Part shown: positions 1 to 6,699 of the stretch, one piece after another | How positions within the stretch are numbered: the first letter of the stretch is position 1 | Layout: each line of letters starts with the position of its first letter | IMG/VR virus record: IMGVR_UViG_3300036982_000320 | Location: 1 to 27,870 of that record | Length of the DNA: 27,870 nt | From: a virus | Lineage: Duplodnaviria; Caudoviricetes | Direction: 5' to 3' (one strand) | Notes under the pieces: model-generated | The model's input: the letters and a program-made list of their open reading frames with translations, nothing else | The model's database searches: none | What the model was told of the DNA's origin: nothing | Program-made: the position numbers and the translations under genes

Positions 1-2
1 TG

Positions 3-446
3 CGGGCTACGACTATTGCTATACAGGGCAACCTCATTGGGCGCGACAAGGGTGGGCCGCAGGGCGTAGGCGCATCAGCAGAGGGAGCCATGTACACAAT
101 GACCAAGGCAGATGTGCATGGTGTTGCGGTTGCCTTCCACCCTACCCAAGACCCGATCAGCAGTACCGATGGGTCAGTTCGCGCAATGGGGTGCGGCAGT
201 AGTGGGGGCTGCGCCACGCAGGCGGTAGCGCAAGCCATGACCGTGCGCCGATTAACCCCAAGGGAATGCGAACGCTTGCAAGGATTCCCGGATGACTACA
301 CGCTGATTCCTTGGCGCAAGAAGGCGGCTAGCGACTGCCCGGATGGGCCGAGGTACAAGGCGCTAGGGAACAGCATGGCCGTGAATTGCATGGAATGGAT
401 CGGAGAACGCATTGCCGCCGTTGAGGCGGAGAGAGGAACGATATGA
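3..446 (+). CDS. C5 cytosine DNA methyltransferase, C-terminal part (5' end outside window)
   Basis: Frame is open from position 3. C-terminal VRRLTPRECERLQGFPDDYT and RYKALGNSMAV match motifs IX and X of C5-MTases. Confidence 0.9.
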   Translation, partial: RATTIAIQGNLIGRDKGGPQGVGASAEGAMYTMTKADVHGVAVAFHPTQDPISSTDGSVRAMGCGSSGGCATQAVAQAMTVRRLTPRECERLQGFPDDYTLIPWRKKAASDCPDGPRYKALGNSMAVNCMEWIGERIAAVEAERGTI

Positions 447-661
447 GCGGGCTGCACCAATTCACCACGCCTATCCCGGTAGTCACTTGCGACAACCAAG
501 ATGGGTACGCCATCTACGTCCGCGACGGCGGGACGTTTGAGAATGATGTCTGGTGCGTTGCCCTCTGCGCTGGCGGAAACCTGCGCCACTACACCACGTC
601 ACAACTACGGATTCACCGAAACATGACCTTTAACATAGAGAAGAACAGGGAGGCAAAGTAA
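443..661 (+). CDS. hypothetical phage protein (72 aa)
   Basis: ATGA overlap with the MTase stop, GAGGA SD-like sequence upstream, TAATG coupling to the next gene. Confidence 0.7.
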   Translation: MSGLHQFTTPIPVVTCDNQDGYAIYVRDGGTFENDVWCVALCAGGNLRHYTTSQLRIHRNMTFNIEKNREAK

Positions 662-1050
662 TGGAAGAGGAAGACAACCGATGGGCGCGGCCTGTGCTGC
701 ATGACGTGAAATGGGAACGCAAAGATGGCTACCCCGCTTGGTTGAGCGAAGACCGTGTCCAGCGCGGGCTGGCTGGCAAGTTCGACCGCCCGGTCTTGGT
801 CATCGTTGGCGGCGACCCGATGCTGCATTCGGTGAACGAGTCGGACGGCAACCCATCGCTCGTCTACTGGCGGGCTTCGGTCTACCTCTTGGAGACCAAC
901 CCTTATGGCATTGAGGGGACGCGGTTCTCTAGCCTGTGCCTCTTTGAGGAGGGCGACACGCAGGACGGAATGCGCGAGGATTTGATGAACCGCGTTGTGA
1001 ACTTCATCACGAAATGCTCGCCAAACACGAAGGTAGCCCATGTCTCCTAG
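661..1050 (+). CDS. hypothetical phage protein (129 aa)
   Basis: GGAGG SD upstream and translational coupling; no family recognised. Confidence 0.7.
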   Translation: MEEEDNRWARPVLHDVKWERKDGYPAWLSEDRVQRGLAGKFDRPVLVIVGGDPMLHSVNESDGNPSLVYWRASVYLLETNPYGIEGTRFSSLCLFEEGDTQDGMREDLMNRVVNFITKCSPNTKVAHVS

Positions 1051-1246
1051 CGTTGAAACTAAGGGCGGTTTCCTGACCATTACCCTCCGCAAGCAATCGG
1101 ATTACATTGTGATCCTTGACGAGTCGGGCGAGCAAATTGCACGCATCTACGCAAGGTTGCAGGGTTCTACCACGCACGGCCGTATTGGTGTATCCATCCG
1201 CGCCGACCAGCGTTACCGCATCCATCGAGGGAAGGCAGAGGAATGA
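1040..1246 (+). CDS. CsrA/RsmA-like small RNA-binding protein (divergent)
   Basis: 68 aa; FLTITLRK..DYIVI...IARIY....GRIGVSIRA....IHR follows the CsrA pattern (MLILTRK..E.I.I...V.V....VRIGI.AP....IHR). Judged by eye only. Confidence 0.5.
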   Translation: MSPSVETKGGFLTITLRKQSDYIVILDESGEQIARIYARLQGSTTHGRIGVSIRADQRYRIHRGKAEE

Positions 1247-1389
1247 CCAAGATCGACGGCCTGACCTTGCAGGGCATCCGCAAGGATAAAAGCAAGGGGA
1301 TGAAGCAGTCGGACATTGCTCGGAAGTACCGGGTCAGCCGTTCGGCGGTCAGCCGGATTGTTCTGGGGAGTCGCCGCGTTGCGCGGTAG
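1243..1389 (+). CDS. small helix-turn-helix DNA-binding protein (48 aa, absent from the ORF track)
   Basis: ATGA overlap at 1243-1246. Translation MTKIDGLTLQGIRKDKSKGMKQSDIARKYRVSRSAVSRIVLGSRRVAR contains a typical HTH (GMKQSDIARKYRVSRSAVSRI). Confidence 0.8.
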   Translation: MTKIDGLTLQGIRKDKSKGMKQSDIARKYRVSRSAVSRIVLGSRRVAR

Positions 1390-1403
1390 TCAAGGTTTTT
1401 GCG

Positions 1404-1446
1404 GCGATCCCGCCGGGGGGCGTTCCCTCGGCGGGGTCGTTTTTTT
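1404..1446 (+). terminator. intrinsic terminator
   Basis: GC-rich stem gcgatcccgccg...cggcggggtcgt followed by a T run at 1440-1446, just after the HTH gene. Confidence 0.8.
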
Positions 1447-1572
1447 GTGGCTGCGGCAAATCTTCAAACCTGCTACGCCAAAAAAACAGAAGCAAGATAC
1501 GCTCACTACGGTGAAGCAAGAACTACACCGTGTCATGCTAAGAGACGACCTCTACCGGGGCGAGGGCTAATC

Positions 1573-1755
1573 ATGCGCGGGGACTGGGAAGAGGACATCG
1601 TTGACCGCATCACGGCAAGCGCCTCCACCGACCCCCTGCTCAAGGAAGCCGCTAGCGAGATCACCTATATGCGCGAGCAGCTCACGGCACAAATCAAAGA
1701 AGTCAACCGCGCACGGCAGGCGCTTCTCGTATGCCAGCGGGCGCAACGTGCTTGA
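1573..1755 (+). CDS. small hypothetical coiled-coil protein (60 aa)
   Basis: ATG at 1573 after GAGGG; MRGDWEEDIVDRI...LLKEAASEITYMR. The upstream extension in the ORF track runs through the terminator and is unlikely. Confidence 0.65.
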   Translation: MRGDWEEDIVDRITASASTDPLLKEAASEITYMREQLTAQIKEVNRARQALLVCQRAQRA

Positions 1756-2158
1756 ATTTACGGTTGATGGCATACCCGCGCCACAAGGTTCTAAAAGGGC
1801 ATTCGTGCGCGGCGGCCGTGTTTCGTTGGTAGAGTCATGCGCGAGGGTCAAGCCCTACCGCGCCCTCATTAGCCTTGCCGCAAGCCAAGCGCGTGTCGGC
1901 GCACCAACGGGGTTGCCTGTGGGGATAGTGATTGCCTTTGCGTTCGCTCGCCCAAAGAGCCACTACACAAGCAAGGGCGCACTCCGCGCTGGCGCTCCAA
2001 GCCACCCCGGCAAGCCTGACATCGACAAATTGTGCCGCAGCGTTTTGGATGCCCTTAGCGGAATCCTGTACCACGATGACGCGCAGGTCGTTTCCCTGAG
2101 CGCCACCAAGCGATACGGGGACGTACCGATGACGGCTATTTCGCTTTTCACCTGTTGA
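1748..2158 (+). CDS. rusA: RusA-family Holliday junction resolvase
   Basis: Likely GTG start at 1748. FTVDGIPAPQGSKR at the N-terminus and catalytic-type KPDIDKLCRSVLDAL.G....DDAQV motif. Confidence 0.9.
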   Translation: MLEFTVDGIPAPQGSKRAFVRGGRVSLVESCARVKPYRALISLAASQARVGAPTGLPVGIVIAFAFARPKSHYTSKGALRAGAPSHPGKPDIDKLCRSVLDALSGILYHDDAQVVSLSATKRYGDVPMTAISLFTC

Positions 2159-2183
2159 CAGGCGCGATACGGGGGAGTATCTT
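2155..2183 (+). promoter_or_regulatory. sigma70-type promoter for the ERF-Gp157 unit
   Basis: TTGACA (2155-2160), 17-nt spacer, TATCTT (2178-2183), upstream of a GAGGA SD and ATG 2248. Confidence 0.75.
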
Positions 2184-2247
2184 TCTTATGCCCTAGCATT
2201 TCGCCGGGGTCGAGTGCGGCGAGCCGCGCAGTCTTTGAGAGGACATT

Positions 2248-3018
2248 ATGCAACGAAGTGACACTATTGGGGAGCTAGCGAAGGCGCTGGCGGCCGCAAA
2301 CTTGGAAATCGTGAACCCCAGCCTTGACGCGGTCAACCCGCATTTTAAGAGCCGCTACGCCAGCCTTGGCGCAATCATCAACGCCGTGCGCCTGCCGCTT
2401 GCCCGTCACGGGATCAGCGCCGTGCAGACGGTCAGCACCGATGGCGGGGCGGTCGGAGTCACGACCACCTTGCTCCATGCGAGCGGGGAATGGATGGCGG
2501 AGACGGCTATGTCCGCTCTGCCTGACCGCGCTACGGTTCAGCAGTTGGGTTCGATAATTACTTACCTTCGCAGGTACTGCCTAGCCTCTGTGACCAACAT
2601 AGTGGGGGAAGAGGATCAGGACGGGAACGAGGCAAGCCTGCCAAGCGCACCGCGTAGCGAGCCGCGTAAGCCCTTTAAGCCGCAAGACCCACGGACAGCC
2701 GTCCCACCGCCTCCGACCGCTCCCAAGGCAACCAAGCCCGCTCCTGAGCCTGTGGCAGAAGTCAAGGCGACCGACGCGTATCCGGACGTGTTTGAGGGGA
2801 CGTTTGACATCCTGCGCGTAGTTGTCCGCGCTGGAAAGCCCTACGCCATTCAGGTGGACGGCAAGCATGGCAAGGCGTGGATTGCGACCACCGTGCAGGA
2901 GTACGCCGACCTCGCCAAGGAACACGTCAACGACTGTATGCAGTTGCAGGTTGAGCGCGTCGGCGACTCGCTCCAGATCATGAAGGTCACCGCGTCTAAT
3001 CAGGAGGTTCCGTTCTAA
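2248..3018 (+). CDS. erf: ERF-family single-strand annealing recombinase
   Basis: ELAKALA...NPHFKSRYASL..I...T.LLH.SGEW...QQLGS.ITY.RRY.L.....IVGEEDQDG is the ERF signature; then a Pro-rich linker and C-terminal domain. Confidence 0.9.
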   Translation: MQRSDTIGELAKALAAANLEIVNPSLDAVNPHFKSRYASLGAIINAVRLPLARHGISAVQTVSTDGGAVGVTTTLLHASGEWMAETAMSALPDRATVQQLGSIITYLRRYCLASVTNIVGEEDQDGNEASLPSAPRSEPRKPFKPQDPRTAVPPPPTAPKATKPAPEPVAEVKATDAYPDVFEGTFDILRVVVRAGKPYAIQVDGKHGKAWIATTVQEYADLAKEHVNDCMQLQVERVGDSLQIMKVTASNQEVPF

Positions 3019-3527
3019 TGTCGCTCTACCAAATCACATCGGAAATGCAGGCTATTCTCGACGCTGTCCTCGATCAGGGCATTGACTCGCCGGAAGCGCA
3101 GGCTGCGCTTGACGAGCATCTCGTGGGTCTAGATCAGGCCTTAGACCTCAAATCGGAAGCCTATGCGGGTTTCATCCGCGAGCTAGAGATGCGAGCGGAG
3201 GCGCGAGGCAAGGAAGCTTCCCGCATCCGTGCGCTCGCAGCGGCTGACGATGCCCTTGCCCTACGCCTCAAGGAGGGGCTGAAGGCGGCAATGGAAACGA
3301 CTGGGCGGCTCAAGATCGAAACGCCCCGGTTCAAGTTGTCGGTCGCTGGGAACGGCGGTAAGCAGTCGCTTCAGATTGATGACGATGCCGTCAAGGGGCT
3401 TGAAGTCCCGCTAGTCAAGATCGTCACCGAGCCAAACAAGGAAGCGATCCGGATCGTCCTTGAGGCTGGCGGTGAGATCCCCGGATGCCGCTTGCTCCCT
3501 CGCGGGACAAGCCTCCGCATCCGTTAA
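3018..3527 (+). CDS. Siphovirus Gp157-family protein
   Basis: MSLYQIT N-terminus, long helical core, KIET.RFKLS, PNKEAIR..L..G.EIPG..L.....LRIR C-terminus; adjacent to ERF as is usual. Confidence 0.85.
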   Translation: MSLYQITSEMQAILDAVLDQGIDSPEAQAALDEHLVGLDQALDLKSEAYAGFIRELEMRAEARGKEASRIRALAAADDALALRLKEGLKAAMETTGRLKIETPRFKLSVAGNGGKQSLQIDDDAVKGLEVPLVKIVTEPNKEAIRIVLEAGGEIPGCRLLPRGTSLRIR

Positions 3528-3962
3528 TTACTTTGCCTCTCCCTCGCCGTTGCCTTCGGGTGGCGGCGAGGTTTCTTTTTGCCCGAATGGGATCAGGCGA
3601 TTGAGCGCCTCGCGTCGCTTCGCGCACGGGCCGCAGGAGCCTGCCTTGATGCCAACCGCGCTCGTCATGGCTGCGACCACGTCACCCAGCCCGCGCATCC
3701 GTGGGGGCGCAACCGTCCCCGGCGCAGGCGGCTGCATTTCGGTCGTCAGCTTGGCGCGGGCAGCAACGGGCGCAGGGCGTGCGCCAAGGAAGAGGGGCGG
3801 GTCAATGATGTTGCCTTCCCGCGTCTCGCGCTCCTCGCAGGTCGCGCACTTCATCACGTCAAGGTTCTTGAGGCAGAGGGGTGACGTGCCAGCCACGCGC
3901 CACGACTTGCAATCCATGATCGGGAGCGAGATGCCGGAGACGTTAAGCGTGCCGATGGTCAT
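3528..3962 (-). CDS. hypothetical protein with two CxxC motifs (144 aa), last gene of the late arm
   Basis: ATGA overlap with the upstream Cys-rich gene; contains CATC and RGLGDVV...GIKAGSCGPCAKRREALN. Confidence 0.75.
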   Translation of the reverse strand: MTIGTLNVSGISLPIMDCKSWRVAGTSPLCLKNLDVMKCATCEERETREGNIIDPPLFLGARPAPVAARAKLTTEMQPPAPGTVAPPRMRGLGDVVAAMTSAVGIKAGSCGPCAKRREALNRLIPFGQKETSPPPEGNGEGEAK

Positions 3963-5800
3963 GAGGTGAGGGTGACGATTGAGCCGTCAGACTTGCAGTA
4001 GATGCGAGGATACTGGACAGACCGGACGCACGGCTGCGGGAGAGGGTGTTCAATAGCCCACTCGTTGCAGTCCACGCCTTGCCCCGGACAGCATGGCGCT
4101 GGCTCGTAAATGAATGGGTAGGCGTAGCACCCCGTGCGCGGGTCGGGCATTCCGGGGCAGAGAGATGTCCATCCGTAGACAAGGACGATGATGTCGTTGC
4201 CAATTGTGACGGTAATGTCTTCTAACGGCCACCCATCACGAGCTTCGCAATTGGTTGCGGGTTGATAGAAGCCGTAATCCACGCAAATCTGAATATCCGG
4301 GGATGCGTATTCCTGCACGCGCTTCATGGTGTACCGCTCCCCAAACGAATACTCGGGGAAGGACAGGCATTGGATGACGTAGTTGTTCGGGGTCGCGGTG
4401 ATCGCCGAGATGGAAGCGTTGCAAGTGTTCTCGCTCGTCATCCGCCAAGGGTGATCGACAATCAAGGTCTGCGACGCGCACGCGTAATAGCGAGGGGATG
4501 AAGCAACGAGCGTGACCGTAATGGTGGTATTTGCGTCTGTGAACGCTACGCGGTCAACCGTCAGGATGTCGCCGTCGGAGAACCCGGGGCGTTCGTTTGC
4601 CGTCTGCCAGTCGCATAACACGCAGCTCTGACGATTTCCAAACCAAAAGTACGCCGACCACGGCGGGATACCGGAAGCCGTGACTAGCGCCCCAATGCGG
4701 GTGTTGATGCGTTCGGCAATGTGCGCGGCATTACCGGAGAAGATGACGATGTCAAGACCGCAGACACTAAGCTTGGGCGCTCCAAGTGTCCCCCATCCTG
4801 TTGCGACTGTGTTTTCTTGGTCAACGTGGACAATCCCGGTCGGGCCAAGGAAAAGCGCATTGAGCGCGGCTTGAGCGCCTTGCCCTTCAGGATCAATTCC
4901 CGGCGCAAAACAGGCCGGGAAGACAATAGTCATGATGTCCTCGTCATGGGACGGGCAACCAAAACCACCCAGCGAGTAGCACGTCCGCACGTCATACGTC
5001 TCAAAGCGGTCAAGCACCGTATCACAGAAGTCAGGATCTTGAGCGCAGTTTCCTGTAGTGTTGCCGCAGCAATCGCCTTCAGGGTCGCAATCTGGGCAAT
5101 TCATGTACTCAACGTAGGACTGGGTAACTTGATTCGGGCAACTGGCAGGGGTCACAGGGTCGCGCACGGTGCAGAAACCCATCTCCTGCGACATACCCAC
5201 GTCAAGGCTGTCGATCTTTACCGGGGGGCCATGATCGCAACGAACGTACCAAGGCACGCCAATCGTCTCAATGCAGGTACGGGCGGCGCTTGCAATGGTG
5301 ACCCCGCTCCCTTTCACCGTTCCGGCTTGATCTTTGAAGGGGTAGCACTCCGCCACCAATTCCTCACAAGGGAGTTGCGGATTGTTTTCAATGGCGGGGC
5401 CGTACTGGGGGATTTCAATGTCGGCAATCCCGCCGGGGTTCCCTTGTTGCTGGGGATCGGGGTAACAACATGGGTCACCTTGAAGGGCGCGATTCTTGAC
5501 CTTCACCAATTCGCCCACGTTCACAGGCCACGTTGATAGCGGGTTCGGGCAGGGCAGCGCCTCGAAATTGGTCAGGATGTAGATGCAGCAGTCGTACGAG
5601 ATGTAGTAGCACTTGGTCGCAAGGTCTGGCGGGTCAGGGATACCCAGCGAAATTAAATAGCCAATGCAGAACTCAATGCGGTTTGGAGCCTGCGCGCAAT
5701 CAGGGGCGCAGCAATAGTTGTCGAAGTAGTCCTCGCACTTGAGGGCGTACCACAACACGCCGGGATCGCAACAACACGAAACCGCCGGGAGTGCGCTCAC
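3959..5800 (-). CDS. large cysteine-rich acidic protein (613 aa), unknown function, possibly virion-associated
   Basis: Long ORF with GTG start; 44 Cys by hand count, an N-terminal CCC and several CC pairs. Confidence 0.8.
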   Translation of the reverse strand: MSALPAVSCCCDPGVLWYALKCEDYFDNYCCAPDCAQAPNRIEFCIGYLISLGIPDPPDLATKCYYISYDCCIYILTNFEALPCPNPLSTWPVNVGELVKVKNRALQGDPCCYPDPQQQGNPGGIADIEIPQYGPAIENNPQLPCEELVAECYPFKDQAGTVKGSGVTIASAARTCIETIGVPWYVRCDHGPPVKIDSLDVGMSQEMGFCTVRDPVTPASCPNQVTQSYVEYMNCPDCDPEGDCCGNTTGNCAQDPDFCDTVLDRFETYDVRTCYSLGGFGCPSHDEDIMTIVFPACFAPGIDPEGQGAQAALNALFLGPTGIVHVDQENTVATGWGTLGAPKLSVCGLDIVIFSGNAAHIAERINTRIGALVTASGIPPWSAYFWFGNRQSCVLCDWQTANERPGFSDGDILTVDRVAFTDANTTITVTLVASSPRYYACASQTLIVDHPWRMTSENTCNASISAITATPNNYVIQCLSFPEYSFGERYTMKRVQEYASPDIQICVDYGFYQPATNCEARDGWPLEDITVTIGNDIIVLVYGWTSLCPGMPDPRTGCYAYPFIYEPAPCCPGQGVDCNEWAIEHPLPQPCVRSVQYPRIYCKSDGSIVTLTS

Positions 5801-5844
5801 GCGACTATGACAATGCAGAGGGCGAGGATGAAGATACGAATCAT
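5797..5844 (-). CDS. hydrophobic micro-ORF MIRIFILALCIVIVA (15 aa)
   Basis: ATGA overlap with the upstream gene (5841-5844) and GTGA overlap with the downstream gene (5797-5800); fills the gap exactly. Confidence 0.4.
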   Translation of the reverse strand: MIRIFILALCIVIVA

Positions 5845-5942
5845 CGCTTTGCCTTCTTCATGCAGAGATACCAACCAGCGCCGAACGCAATAGCGGCAGC
5901 GGCGAGTGCGAACCAGATATTCCCTAGGGTGTCTGCGATCAT
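5841..5942 (-). CDS. small single-pass membrane protein (33 aa, absent from the ORF track)
   Basis: MIADTLGNIWFALAAAAIAFGAGWYLCMKKAKR: one hydrophobic helix plus basic tail; ATG 2 nt after the upstream stop. Confidence 0.6.
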   Translation of the reverse strand: MIADTLGNIWFALAAAAIAFGAGWYLCMKKAKR

Positions 5943-5944
5943 GT

Positions 5945-6436
5945 CTATGCCTTTCGTCGAGTCTTTGATTTTCTAAACGCCGCATCAAACAAGGGATCTT
6001 GCGCCCGCATGACGGCCACCATTTCCCGCTCTCCTTCAGGGCGAGCAGTATCTAGCATATCGACCGCGAGATCGGCCGCAACTACCTTTTTCCTAGGAAG
6101 CCAGCCTATGGCAATACGAATAGCCGAGCCGAGGCCAGTCTGCCACAGGACGATGACAAGCGCCAAGGCGACCACCGCCACCGCCCCATAGGTCAAAGCG
6201 GTCAGCCACATGGGCGTTTTATCCTCTACGCCCGAAAGCTGCACATGAATCCCGGACGCAAGCGCCTCGATACGGGTAGCCCGGGCAATGACCTCCGCGT
6301 CCCCGGTTTCCGTCCCGCGCTGGATCAGACCCTGCGCCTCGGCGCGGATGTCGTTCGACGACTGCGCGATCCTCTGCACAGGGCTACAGCCCGCGAGGAG
6401 GGCGAGCATGGCGACCGTGAGCCACCAACGGCTCAA
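5945..6436 (-). CDS. lipoprotein with internal TM helix, candidate unimolecular spanin (163 aa)
   Basis: TTGA overlap start at 6436; signal MSRWWLTVAMLALLAGC with LAGC lipobox, ~60 aa helical region, TM segment WLTALTYGAVAVVALALVIVLW, ~65 aa tail. Confidence 0.6.
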   Translation of the reverse strand: MSRWWLTVAMLALLAGCSPVQRIAQSSNDIRAEAQGLIQRGTETGDAEVIARATRIEALASGIHVQLSGVEDKTPMWLTALTYGAVAVVALALVIVLWQTGLGSAIRIAIGWLPRKKVVAADLAVDMLDTARPEGEREMVAVMRAQDPLFDAAFRKSKTRRKA

Positions 6437-6696
6437 CGCTTCTCGATACGCGTAACGCGATCTTCTAGCCCGCGCACGCGCTCCCCAATGACTTGAATCT
6501 GTGCGCTGCCCGATGTCGCTAGTTCTTGGATCTTGCCTAACTCGCCCGCCATCTTTTCGAGGCTCTTGGTCTGCTGCTCGTCGCGTTCCGAACGGCTCCC
6601 AGCGTAGACAAGCGCGGCTACCAAAGCCGTGACCGCCACGAAGAACTGGGCAAAGCGAAGCCATCGGTCAATAGATGAGGCTGTTTCGAGAGTCAT
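6433..6696 (-). CDS. single-TM coiled-coil protein, holin-like/lysis-associated (87 aa)
   Basis: TM segment FAQFFVAVTALVAALVYAG then heptad-like region ending LEDRVTRIEKR; directly downstream of the tailspike. Confidence 0.55.
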   Translation of the reverse strand: MTLETASSIDRWLRFAQFFVAVTALVAALVYAGSRSERDEQQTKSLEKMAGELGKIQELATSGSAQIQVIGERVRGLEDRVTRIEKR

Positions 6697-6699
6697 GGA

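Noticed and set aside
1316-1572. ORF-track ORFs 1316-1570 and the 5' extension of 1399-1755
   Set aside because: They run through the HTH gene or terminator. A 41 aa ORF from TTG 1445 to 1570 is possible but has no SD, so it is not called.
1601-1747. N-terminal extension of RusA
   Set aside because: Overlaps the 1573-1755 gene; the RusA-like sequence begins at GTG 1748.
4721-5536. 271 aa plus-strand ORF and many similar antisense ORFs across the late arm
   Set aside because: Shadow ORFs opposite well-supported genes in GC-rich DNA, with no motifs or ribosome binding sites.
6437-6664. N-terminal extension of the lipoprotein ORF
   Set aside because: Overlaps the 87 aa gene and would bury the lipobox signal; TTG 6436 fits coupling.
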